A program made the translations under genes and the position numbers. From Bacteroidaceae bacterium (GTDB taxonomy: Bacteria > Bacteroidota > Bacteroidia > Bacteroidales > Bacteroidaceae), in assembly GCA_017526905.1 (NCBI GenBank), contig JAFXQT010000090.1, positions 6,927-70,926 on the forward strand: 64,000 nt of DNA, in the 5' to 3' direction. The notes under the pieces were generated by a model. The model had not been told where the DNA came from. It saw only the letters and a program-made list of their open reading frames with translations, and ran no database searches. The first letter of the stretch is position 1. Each line of letters begins with the position of its first letter. Below, piece by piece: positions 1 through 8,522 of this stretch.

Positions 1-31
1 CCGAGTGGATGATATTTCGGACAAATATGCG

Positions 32-39
32 TATCTTTG
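32..39 (+). promoter_or_regulatory. Bacteroidota -7 promoter box (TAnnTTTG)
   Basis: TATCTTTG, ~75 nt upstream of the SNF2 ATG. Confidence 0.5.
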
Positions 40-115
40 CAGCCGCTATGCGGCGTGCTGCCAGCACCCGCGCAGGCAGGACTACATCTAATGAACGAAT
101 AAACACACCTATTCT

Positions 116-3100
116 ATGACTTTTCTAAGGCAATATATACAAACCCTCAAACCATCCGTGCAGCAATTGGCATGCCTGTATGCCTATATCGGCGGCGACC
201 TCAAAGATGAGGACAAGACGCAGCTGGCTGTGCACGGTGTGTGCATGATGGGCGAACTGCAAATCATGACGGGCACCCTCCTGGACAGCACGATCATCGT
301 GCACCAGCCGGCCACCCACTTCGGCCCTGAGCAGCAGTTTATCCGCCCCAAATACTATGCTGAGGTCATGCTTTTTGCCATGGAGGAACACCCTGAGTGG
401 CTCAAGGATTTCGACAGCTGGCCACTGACACGCTACACGTCCATGAACAACTTGCAGAAAGCGGTGCGCATGTGCGCCGCCGGCAAGATGCCGCCCCCCA
501 TGTTGCTGGAAGCCGACATACCGCCCTATCTGATGGGATTTGCCCACGACAGGCGCTTCGAACCGCTCATCACGATGATCCGCGACGTGGACTTCCCCGC
601 CTTTATCAGTGCCTGCATCAAGAAATGGATTAAAGAGGACTTCAGCGATCCGGACGACGTACTGAAACACCAACTGTCCATGCGCAAGTTCGACACAAGC
701 GACCCCGACATCAAGGCGCTGCACGCCCTGGCCGGCTACTACCGCTATGTGTGCCAGGGGCAGTACACGCCACCCACCAGCATCCGAATGACCTTTTATG
801 ACCTGCTGCTGAAGGGCGTCCATGCCATGAGCCAAGGCAAGGCCGACCTGGCCGTGAAGGTGTTTGGCGAAGCCATCACCGCCACAAGCAAGAACGGCAG
901 CAACAAAGCCGAGAAGTTCCTGACCGATGGCGTTGCCGCACTGTTTTGGGTGGTAGCCACCTGGACCAGCAATACCAGCGACAACAAACAACGCCTGCAG
1001 ACGTTCTGCGTGCAGGCACGCGAAGGCAACTACCGCCGCGTCGGAACAGCCCTGCTGCTGGCCGAGATGCTGGTGCACCCGCTGCAACGCATCAACATGG
1101 ACCTGCTCACCGAACTGATTAACCCACAAAGCCTGGCCGACAAGGAATTCGTGTTCCAGCAGCAGATGGCCACCCTACTGGCTGCCCATTTCACTGGCTA
1201 CCAGATTTCGGCCGATACCTTCCAACCCCAGTCGGCTTTCCTACGTCATGAAGCAGCCGGGCTAATCAAGATGACGAAATATGAGAAGAAACTGCTGGAC
1301 GGCGTGTTCGGCAACAAGCCGCTCAGCAGTTTCATCCGTGCCAAGGCTCCCTGGGAGCTGATGCTGGACCGCCTCATCGCCACCGAGTCGCACCGTCAGG
1401 CACCGAGCGATGAGGGTGAGCACCGCGTTATGTACATCATTCTGAACGATGGCGAGAGCGTGGAACTGCGCGAGCAGAACCGCCTGCGCAGCGGCAAATG
1501 GGGCCTGGGCAAGGGGTTGCCATGGAGCCGTTTCATGAGCGGCAGCGAATCCTTCATGGACCGCGCCGACCAGGCCGTTGTGGCCGACCTGCGCTACCTG
1601 CAGGCCACACGTGTCACCGTGGGCGCCATCCTGCCCCACTTAGTGGGCAGCGACCGTGTATATACCGGCGAACAGACCCCCTTCCGCCGCGTCAACATCG
1701 AGGCCCAGCGCCCTTATGTCATTGTGGAGCGCACGACCGATGGCGGTTTCCACCTGCAGAGCAACGTGCAGTTCCAGGACATGCTCTCGCAGACCAATGT
1801 GTATCACCGCGAGGATTCCATGCACTACATCTTCTTCCCCATGAGCGACCGCGAACGCAGCGTGCTGCAGGAACTGCTCTCCGTGACCGACTTTCCCCCC
1901 GAAGCCGAAAGCCAGCTGCGCAAACTGCTGCCACTGATACGAAACGTCACCGACATACACTCCGACCTTATCGAGGACGAGCGCGAGCTGGAAACCATCA
2001 CCGGACAGACACCCATCCTCATCCGTCTGACGCCCGACCCCACCGCACAGACCATGTTCGATGCCTACGTGCTGGTGCGCCCCCTGCTTGGCGGCAAGAT
2101 GGCCCTGACACCGGGCCAAGGCGACAAGGTAATCATAGACGAGTGCGACAACGGGCGCTTCCGCGTGGAACGTGACATGGAAGGCGAGACATGCAACCTG
2201 GACACGCTGCTGGCATACACGCGCGAACATAAAATTGACTTCAACGAGAACCTAAACGGGCACTTGGGCACCGCACAGGTACTGGACCTGCTGGCCTTTG
2301 TCAGCTGCCATCAGGACATCTGTGCCGTGGAGTGGCCCGAGGGCGAAAAACTGCGTATGCACTCCACCACCAACGCAGACTGGAACATATCGCTGACCAG
2401 CCGCGGCCGGTGGTTTGAGATCGAAGGCGAGGTCAAACTCACCGACAACGCTGTGCTCAGCGCCCAGCAACTGCTGCAAGCCATCGGCAACAGCCATGGC
2501 GGCTACGTACAGCTGCAAAACGGCGACTACCTGTGGCTGAGCGAACGCATACGCCGCCAGCTGGATGCGTTGGAAAGCATCTCGACCACCGAGAACAACC
2601 GTCCGGCCATATCCACCCTGCAAACGGGTCTTCTGGCCGATATCCTGCACGGCGACATCGAGATAAAGCACGACGGCGAACTGGGCAACCTGAAACAACG
2701 CATTGAACAGGCCGACGACTGGCAGCCCACCGTGCCCGAACAACTCACCGCCACCCTCCGTCCCTATCAGACCGAAGGCTTCCAGTGGCTGATGCGCCTG
2801 GCATCATGGGGTGCCGGTGCCTGCCTGGCCGACGATATGGGTCTGGGCAAGACCGTGCAAACCATCGCTTTCCTGTTGGCACATGCGGACGAAGGCCCCT
2901 CACTGGTCGTTGCGCCCGCATCGGTGGTGAGCAACTGGCAAGCCGAACTGGGCCGCTTTGCACCCACCCTCACGTCCTACAACCTGAGCGACTACTACGA
3001 CCGCAAGCCCGTGGTCAAACAGGCATCGGCCCGCGATGTGGTGGTGTGCACCTATGGCCTGATCGTGTCGCAGGCCGAACTGCTGTGCAGCCGCAAGTGG

Positions 3101-4123
3101 AATATCATCTGCCTGGACGAAGCGCACAACATCAAGAACCGTGGCACCAAGACCAGCGCCGCCTGCATGAACCTCACGGCCAACTACCGCCTTATTCTGA
3201 CGGGTACGCCTGTGCAGAACCACCTGGGCGAGCTCTGGAACCTGTTCCAGTTCATCAACCCCGGCCTGCTGGGCACCTACGAACAGTTCAACGCCAAATA
3301 CATACTGCCCATTGAGAACAGCGACGACAAGGAACGCCACCAGCAACTGCAAGCCGTGGTGGCCCCCTTCATGCTCAGACGCACCAAGGCGTCGGTGGTA
3401 CAGGAACTGCCCGACAAGACCGAAATCACGCTGAATGTGGAACTGACCGAGGACGAGATGGCCACCTACGAAGTGATTCGCCGAGAGGCCGAACAGCGCT
3501 TCCGCGAGGAGGGCGAACAGCTGTCGGTCAACGCTCTGGCCGAGATTACACGTCTGCGCCGCACCGCATGCAGCGTTGCACTGACCAACAGCGAGTGGAC
3601 GGGTGGCTCATCCAAGGTAAACGCCTTTATGGAACTGGTGTCCGACATCGTCGAGGGCGGCCACAGCGTGTTGGTGTTCAGCCAATTCACCAGTTTCCTG
3701 AAGATTATCGGCGAGGCGCTGACGAACGCACATCTGCCTTACCTATACCTGGACGGAAACCTCACTATCCGCCAGCGCGAGCAACTGGTTACCGACTTCC
3801 AGAAAGGCAAGCGGCCCATCTTCCTCATCAGCCTCAAGGCCGGTGGTGTAGGTCTGAACCTGACGGCTGCCAACTACGTGATTCATCTGGATCCCTGGTG
3901 GAACCCCGCCATCGAACAACAGGCCACCGACCGCGCCTACCGCATCGGTCAGACCAAGGCCGTCACTGTGTATCACCTCATCTCACACCACACCATCGAA
4001 GAGAAGATTCTCCGACTGCACGAGAGCAAACGTGCGCTGTCCGACAGTATCCTCGAAACGGCCGAACAGTCACACCGCCTTACTGCTCAGGAGCTGCTTG
4101 AGATGTTGTCCAACAACTGGTAA
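116..4123 (+). CDS. SNF2-family (SWI2/SNF2) helicase with large uncharacterised N-terminal region
   Basis: 1335-aa ORF. The C-terminal ~460 aa carry SNF2 motifs: DDMGLGKT (I), LDEAHNIKN (II), LTGTPVQN (III) and the helicase-C block SLKAGGVGLNLT...QQATDRAYRIGQ. An SNF2-associated-like segment (WFEIEGEV...VQLQNGDYLWLS) precedes them. I recognise no motif in the first ~800 aa. Confidence 0.85.
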   Translation: MTFLRQYIQTLKPSVQQLACLYAYIGGDLKDEDKTQLAVHGVCMMGELQIMTGTLLDSTIIVHQPATHFGPEQQFIRPKYYAEVMLFAMEEHPEWLKDFDSWPLTRYTSMNNLQKAVRMCAAGKMPPPMLLEADIPPYLMGFAHDRRFEPLITMIRDVDFPAFISACIKKWIKEDFSDPDDVLKHQLSMRKFDTSDPDIKALHALAGYYRYVCQGQYTPPTSIRMTFYDLLLKGVHAMSQGKADLAVKVFGEAITATSKNGSNKAEKFLTDGVAALFWVVATWTSNTSDNKQRLQTFCVQAREGNYRRVGTALLLAEMLVHPLQRINMDLLTELINPQSLADKEFVFQQQMATLLAAHFTGYQISADTFQPQSAFLRHEAAGLIKMTKYEKKLLDGVFGNKPLSSFIRAKAPWELMLDRLIATESHRQAPSDEGEHRVMYIILNDGESVELREQNRLRSGKWGLGKGLPWSRFMSGSESFMDRADQAVVADLRYLQATRVTVGAILPHLVGSDRVYTGEQTPFRRVNIEAQRPYVIVERTTDGGFHLQSNVQFQDMLSQTNVYHREDSMHYIFFPMSDRERSVLQELLSVTDFPPEAESQLRKLLPLIRNVTDIHSDLIEDERELETITGQTPILIRLTPDPTAQTMFDAYVLVRPLLGGKMALTPGQGDKVIIDECDNGRFRVERDMEGETCNLDTLLAYTREHKIDFNENLNGHLGTAQVLDLLAFVSCHQDICAVEWPEGEKLRMHSTTNADWNISLTSRGRWFEIEGEVKLTDNAVLSAQQLLQAIGNSHGGYVQLQNGDYLWLSERIRRQLDALESISTTENNRPAISTLQTGLLADILHGDIEIKHDGELGNLKQRIEQADDWQPTVPEQLTATLRPYQTEGFQWLMRLASWGAGACLADDMGLGKTVQTIAFLLAHADEGPSLVVAPASVVSNWQAELGRFAPTLTSYNLSDYYDRKPVVKQASARDVVVCTYGLIVSQAELLCSRKWNIICLDEAHNIKNRGTKTSAACMNLTANYRLILTGTPVQNHLGELWNLFQFINPGLLGTYEQFNAKYILPIENSDDKERHQQLQAVVAPFMLRRTKASVVQELPDKTEITLNVELTEDEMATYEVIRREAEQRFREEGEQLSVNALAEITRLRRTACSVALTNSEWTGGSSKVNAFMELVSDIVEGGHSVLVFSQFTSFLKIIGEALTNAHLPYLYLDGNLTIRQREQLVTDFQKGKRPIFLISLKAGGVGLNLTAANYVIHLDPWWNPAIEQQATDRAYRIGQTKAVTVYHLISHHTIEEKILRLHESKRALSDSILETAEQSHRLTAQELLEMLSNNW

Positions 4124-4228
4124 ACCGCACCAGCACACTTTGAACATTGAACGGAGCACCCGGCCTAAAAGGATGCTTCTTGAAGTGTCAAGCGTCACCC
4201 TTAGGATGCCGAGCGGCCCAGCAAAAAC

Positions 4229-4277
4229 CATTAAACTTTCAACATTAAACTCTCAACATTAAACTTTCAACTTTCAA
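4229..4277. repeat. tandem repeat, 14-nt unit (two 7-mers)
   Basis: CATTAAACTTTCAA x3 plus a half unit, upstream of trmD. Confidence 0.9.
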
Positions 4278-4300
4278 CTGCGGCCAGCGCCGCCCCCAAT

Positions 4301-4984
4301 ATGCGCATAGACATCATCACCGTCCTTCCCGAACTGATTGAAGGCTTTCTCAACGAGAGCATTCTTGGAAGGGCACAGAAAAAAGGGCTTGTAGAGATTC
4401 ATCTTCACAACCTTCGCGACTACTCCAGCCGCAAAGACCGCCGCATTGACGATTACCCCTTCGGAGGCTTTGCCGGCATGGTCATGCAATGCGAGCCAAT
4501 CGACCGTTGCATCAGCGCCCTGAAGGCCGAGCGCCACTACGACGAGGTCATCTTTACCACCCCCGATGGCGAGCAGTTCTCCCAGCCCATGGCCAATAGC
4601 CTCTCACTGTGCCAGAACATTATTATCCTGTGCGGTCACTACAAAGGCATCGACTACCGCATCCGCGAGCATCTCATCACAAAGGAGGTGAGCATTGGCG
4701 ACTACGTCCTTACAGGTGGCGAACTGGCTGCCGCCGTCATGGCCGACGCCATCGTGCGCATCCTGCCCGGCGCCATCGGCGACGAGCAGAGCGCTCTCTC
4801 CGACTCCTTCCAGGACAACCTCCTGGCTGCACCCGTCTATACCCGCCCTGCCGACTACCGCGGCTGGCGCGTCCCCGATATCCTCCTCTCCGGCCACGAA
4901 GCCAAAATCAAGGAGTGGGAACTGCAGCAGAGTATGGAACGCACCAAACGACTGCGACCGGACCTGATAAAAGATAAGAGATAA
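4301..4984 (+). CDS. trmD: tRNA (guanine37-N1)-methyltransferase
   Basis: 227-aa [59 protein letters not shown] and [14 protein letters not shown] are typical TrmD blocks along the whole length. The last residues (LIKDKR) are encoded by the AGATAAR tandem array. Confidence 0.95.
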   Translation: MRIDIITVLPELIEGFLNESILGRAQKKGLVEIHLHNLRDYSSRKDRRIDDYPFGGFAGMVMQCEPIDRCISALKAERHYDEVIFTTPDGEQFSQPMANSLSLCQNIIILCGHYKGIDYRIREHLITKEVSIGDYVLTGGELAAAVMADAIVRILPGAIGDEQSALSDSFQDNLLAAPVYTRPADYRGWRVPDILLSGHEAKIKEWELQQSMERTKRLRPDLIKDKR

Positions 4985-5017
4985 AAGATAAGAGATAAGA
5001 GATAAAAGATAAGAGAT
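4966..5017. repeat. tandem heptamer array AGATAAR
   Basis: GATAAAAGATAAGAGATAAAAGATAAGAGATAAGAGATAAAAGATAAGAGAT. It spans the trmD stop. Confidence 0.9.
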
Positions 5018-5072
5018 ATGGGCACATCCTTCTGCAATTCTGATACATCTTTTAGCAAGTCTAATACATCTT

Positions 5073-5108
5073 GCTCCCTCCCTACTGGGAGGGCGGGGGG
5101 AGAGTCCG
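5073..5108 (+). repeat. GC-rich palindromic element, solo type-a arm
   Basis: GCTCCCTCCCtactGGGAGGGCGGGGGGAGAGTCCG. It lies inside a 33-codon mini-ORF (5018-5119, ...SLPTGRAGGESDKR) and is flanked on both sides by AGATAAR arrays. Confidence 0.85.
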
Positions 5109-5139
5109 ATAAGAGATAAGAGATAAGAGATGAAGATAG
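5108..5139. repeat. tandem heptamer array AGATAAG
   Basis: GATAAGAGATAAGAGATAAGAGATGAAGATAG. It contains the first ATG of the PHP ORF. Confidence 0.9.
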
Positions 5140-5945
5140 CAAATCAAAATAGCGGTATGGAGAGTCCTTTCGGGCCGGGCGCTGCTCAGCCCCTTGAAGG
5201 ATGGCAAGGAGGGAGCCCACACTTTCTCCTCGACCTCCACACCCACACGGTAGCCTCCGGCCACGCCTACAGCACCATCCAAGAGATGGCACAGGCGGCA
5301 GCCACCAAAGGCATACAGTACCTGGGCATCACCGAGCACGCACCCGGAATACCCGGCACATGCTCGCCCATCTATTTCCGCAACCTGCATGTGGTGCCAC
5401 GCCAGATGTATGGCGTGCGTCTGCTGTTGGGTGCCGAACTCAACATCCTCGACACTCACGGCACCCTCGATCTGGACGAATATCACTACCAACTGCTCGA
5501 CATCCGCATAGCAGGCATACACAGCCTCTGCTGGACGGGTGGCACACGGCGCGAAAACACCAACGGCATGCTGGCAGCCATACACAATCCCTGGACACAC
5601 ATCATCAGCCATCCGGCCGACGGCACCGCCGAGCTCTATTTCGAACCCATCGTACTGGCCGCACGCGACACGCACACCCTGCTCGAAATCAACTCTTCCT
5701 CGCTCAACCCCGTCCGCCACAAGGCGGCAGCACGACCCAATAACCTGGAACTGCTGCAGTTGTGCAAGAAATATGATGTGCCGGTTATCCTTGGTTCCGA
5801 TGCGCACATCTCCTTCTCCATAGCCGACTATCAGTATGCCCTCCCGCTACTGGCCGAGACGCAGTTTCCGGCCGAACTCGTCGTCAACGACAAGCCCGAC
5901 TTCTGCTTCCAGTACCTGGGTATCGACTTGGGGGGCTACTCTTAA
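5130..5945 (+). CDS. PHP-domain phosphoesterase (YcdX-like)
   Basis: LDLHTHTVASGHAYSTIQEM, GITEHAPG and GSDAH are PHP metal-binding blocks, and the size fits YcdX-type proteins. The ATG at 5130 lies inside a tandem repeat. An alternative in-frame ATG at 5157 (MESPFG) is equally plausible. Confidence 0.75.
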   Translation: MKIANQNSGMESPFGPGAAQPLEGWQGGSPHFLLDLHTHTVASGHAYSTIQEMAQAAATKGIQYLGITEHAPGIPGTCSPIYFRNLHVVPRQMYGVRLLLGAELNILDTHGTLDLDEYHYQLLDIRIAGIHSLCWTGGTRRENTNGMLAAIHNPWTHIISHPADGTAELYFEPIVLAARDTHTLLEINSSSLNPVRHKAAARPNNLELLQLCKKYDVPVILGSDAHISFSIADYQYALPLLAETQFPAELVVNDKPDFCFQYLGIDLGGYS

Positions 5946-5982
5946 AAAGGTTTAATTTCTTTGCGCCATAGTCAAAAAGCCA

Positions 5983-5990
5983 TATCTTTG
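5983..5990 (+). promoter_or_regulatory. Bacteroidota -7 promoter box (TAnnTTTG)
   Basis: TATCTTTG, 66 nt upstream of the zeta-like gene ATG. Confidence 0.55.
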
Positions 5991-6055
5991 TAGCCGACAT
6001 CCCCTCCTTCCCACCACCGTGGAGATTACAGGGAGTTTCTACACCACAAACAGCC

Positions 6056-6664
6056 ATGAGCGATAACCGCAAACTGAACCTATACATCATAGCCGGGTGC
6101 AACGGCGCGGGCAAGACTACTGCCTCGTTCACCGTGCTGCCCGAGATGCTCAACTGCCGCGAGTTTGTCAATGCCGACGAGATTGCACGCGGCCTCTCCC
6201 CCTTCAACCCCGAGGGGGTGGCTATTCAGGCCGGCAGACTGATGATAGACCGCGTGCTGCACCTGCTGAAGGAAGGCGAGACCTTCGCCTTTGAAACCAC
6301 ACTGGCCACCCGTTCGTACGTGAAACTGATACAGCGCGCACAGAAACGCGGCTATTTCGTTACGTTGCTCTTCTTCAGCCTTTCATCGCCCGAGCACGCC
6401 ATTCGCCGCGTGGCGAAGCGTGTCAGCCAGGGCGGCCACAATATCCCCGTCGATGTGATAGAACGGCGCTACGAAGCCGGACTGCAGAACTTGTTCCAAC
6501 TGTACATCCCTATCGTGGATTACTGGGCTCTCTACGACAACTCCTCATGCCCCTCGCAGCGCATAGCCAGCGGCTGGAAGGACACTCGTATCAATGTTGA
6601 CAACGGCGATAAGTACGCCCGTTTCCTTGATCAATACGCTAATACCCCCGAAAGCCATGAGTGA
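6056..6664 (+). CDS. zeta-toxin-like / COG4185-type P-loop kinase family protein
   Basis: 202-aa ORF with Walker A (IIAGCNGAGKTT) near the N-terminus. The layout is typical of zeta-toxin/AAA-kinase family proteins (FVNADEIARGL, FAFETTLATRSY, GYFVTLLFF, RVSQGGHNIP). A TATCTTTG box lies at 5983-5990. Confidence 0.7.
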   Translation: MSDNRKLNLYIIAGCNGAGKTTASFTVLPEMLNCREFVNADEIARGLSPFNPEGVAIQAGRLMIDRVLHLLKEGETFAFETTLATRSYVKLIQRAQKRGYFVTLLFFSLSSPEHAIRRVAKRVSQGGHNIPVDVIERRYEAGLQNLFQLYIPIVDYWALYDNSSCPSQRIASGWKDTRINVDNGDKYARFLDQYANTPESHE

Positions 6665-6812
6665 CCGCGAAGTTAAAGAAATGCAGCGCCGCATAGACAA
6701 AGGTATCTTGCTGGCGCAACAACGACTGGTGGAGCGTGCGCGCCTGTTCGGCACGACCCTCGTGGTCATGCGCGACGGGCAGGTCATGGACTTGTCGCCC
6801 GATGAGCTCTGA
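6657..6812 (+). CDS. small hypothetical protein (51 aa), overlapping the upstream P-loop gene
   Basis: ATG at 6657 overlaps the upstream stop (6662-6664) by 8 nt. Product: MSDREVKEMQRRIDKGILLAQQRLVERARLFGTTLVVMRDGQVMDLSPDEL. A hairpin plus T-run terminator follows at 6858-6889. I recognise no homology. Confidence 0.4.
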   Translation: MSDREVKEMQRRIDKGILLAQQRLVERARLFGTTLVVMRDGQVMDLSPDEL

Positions 6813-6857
6813 CCCATCACTTACGCCCTTCCCCACCCGATTATACTGTTCTCACGT

Positions 6858-6889
6858 GAGGATATGCGCCAATGGCATATCCTCTTTTT
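6858..6889 (+). terminator. rho-independent terminator
   Basis: GAGGATATGC-loop-GCATATCCTC followed by TTTTT, downstream of the zeta-like gene pair. Confidence 0.75.
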
Positions 6890-6901
6890 GTCTCCGACGG
6901 T

Positions 6902-8362
6902 TCAGCCCGGGAAGTGTATGGTAAATCGTGTGAGACGGTCAGTAGCATCCGTATGGAGGCTGAAGGTGCAGCCGTGGCCCGACAGAATGTCGCGTATGAG
7001 CAGCAGCCCAATTCCCTGCCCATTGGGTTTGGTGGAGAAGAAAGGGGTGAAGAGGTTCTGCGACACCGCCTCGGAGATGCCCTGGCCGTTGTCCGTGACC
7101 ACCAGCGTTTGGGCGGATGTAGCGATGCTGACCCAACCACCTTCTCGGTTACCTATGCTCTCCACACTGTTCTTGACAATATTGACCAGTACTTGCTGGA
7201 ACAGGACAGAATCCAAACGCACGGGAATGGCATCGTCCGTCAGGTTGAATTCCAACCGAACCCTATTGGAAAGGCAGAGGTTTTCCAGGAACATACGGCA
7301 GGCCTCCACCTCCTCGCTCAAGTCGCACAGTTGCAGCTGGGGAGGTGGCATCTTGACAACCTCAGCAAAACGGGTGACGAAGGCCGACATGGAGCGCAGG
7401 CGGGAAGTGAATGACGAACGTTCTTTTAATGACGAATGACGAGTGACGAATGATGAATTGTTTTCTAATGACGAATGACGAGTGACGAATGACGAATGAG
7501 AGTTACCTTCAGGATTGGAAAGTAACTTTGATTCGTCATTCCGAGCGAAGCGAGATTCGTCATTCGTCATTCCTTCTGATTCGTCATTTCGAGCGAAGCG
7601 AGATTCGTCATTCGTCATTCCCCCTGATTCGTCATTCGTCATTCCCCCTGATTCGTCATTCGTCATTCCTTGTTCCTCAAGCGCGCCTACGATGCCCGCC
7701 ACGCTATTGTTCACCTCATGAGCTATCATCCGGATTACACGCTCATAAGCCTCCTTCTCTGCCAGCCTTACCTCCGAAGTCAGCGACTCTATCAAGTAGA
7801 AAGGATGTTGGTAGCCACGGTCTGTGAATGACAAGTGGCTGATGCGGTAGATACCCGGTTCGCCCATCAGTCGCATGGTGGTTTCATTGCCAATAGGCAA
7901 ACGCTCCATTGCTTCGCGGATGAGCGGCGTCAGCATCTGTTTGGCCGCCGGATTCATTGAGGTGATATGGCCGTCCAAGTCGCACTGCACTACGCCCATA
8001 GGCGAGGCTTCGATTAGCAGACTGAGGAAGTTGTACTGCTCTACCAGGCTCAGGTGTTCGCTGCGCAAGCGGGCCAGCAGGGCATTGAACGTGCGCACAA
8101 TCACATCCGTTTCGTATTGCCCTGAAGGTGCCAGCCGTGTGCTCAGGTCAAGGTCACGTACCAGCTCCATCCCCCCAATCAGTGTGTCATAGGGCTTCAA
8201 AGTCCGCCTATAGAAATAAAACAGGTAGAAAAGCAGCAGCACAACGAAGCACTCGATTGCGTAGAACAAGCCCGGCCGGCTGCCAAACGACGCGTAAAGT
8301 GCCGCACCGCCCAGCAGCAATATAAACAACACGAGAATGAGGAAGTAGTGAAAGAGCTTCAT
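6902..8362 (-). CDS. sensor histidine kinase (two N-terminal TM helices, PAS-like, HisKA, HATPase_c) with a repeat-encoded insertion
   Basis: The N-terminus has two hydrophobic helices separated by a very short loop. It has an H-box (RMIAHEVNNSVAGIVGAL), an N-box (VLVNIVKNSVESI), G1 (DNGQGI) and G2 (GQGIGL). About 88 aa between the H-box helix and the next helix (MTNDESGGMTNDESGG...SFVTRHSSL) are encoded by repeat arrays at 7407-7669. Confidence 0.8.
   Translation of the reverse strand: MKLFHYFLILVLFILLLGGAALYASFGSRPGLFYAIECFVVLLLFYLFYFYRRTLKPYDTLIGGMELVRDLDLSTRLAPSGQYETDVIVRTFNALLARLRSEHLSLVEQYNFLSLLIEASPMGVVQCDLDGHITSMNPAAKQMLTPLIREAMERLPIGNETTMRLMGEPGIYRISHLSFTDRGYQHPFYLIESLTSEVRLAEKEAYERVIRMIAHEVNNSVAGIVGALEEQGMTNDESGGMTNDESGGMTNDESRFARNDESEGMTNDESRFARNDESKLLSNPEGNSHSSFVTRHSSLENNSSFVTRHSSLKERSSFTSRLRSMSAFVTRFAEVVKMPPPQLQLCDLSEEVEACRMFLENLCLSNRVRLEFNLTDDAIPVRLDSVLFQQVLVNIVKNSVESIGNREGGWVSIATSAQTLVVTDNGQGISEAVSQNLFTPFFSTKPNGQGIGLLLIRDILSGHGCTFSLHTDATDRLTRFTIHFPG
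7407..7669. repeat. inverted pair of AATGACG-type arrays inside the histidine kinase CDS
   Basis: The left arm (7407-7500) has AATGACG units. The right arm (7531-7669) has the reverse complement TTCGTCA, organised in 24- and 48-nt super-units that include CCGAGCGAAGCGAG. The centre is the hairpin AGTTAC...GTAACT. Confidence 0.9.
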
Positions 8363-8364
8363 TT

Positions 8365-8519
8365 ATGATGAATGACTAATGACTAATGACGAATGACGAA
8401 TGACTAATGACGAATGACGAAGGCTGCGATTAAGCGAGCAGAGAGTCAAACTTGTTTGAGCTATCCCGAGCGTGAGCAGGCTCGACCGAAGGTCAATGAC
8501 GAATGACGAGTGATGACGG
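8365..8519. repeat. AATGACK heptamer arrays flanking a 72-nt unique core (regulator/kinase intergenic)
   Basis: Arrays at 8365-8421 and 8494-8519, in the same orientation. Confidence 0.85.
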
Positions 8520-8522
8520 CTG

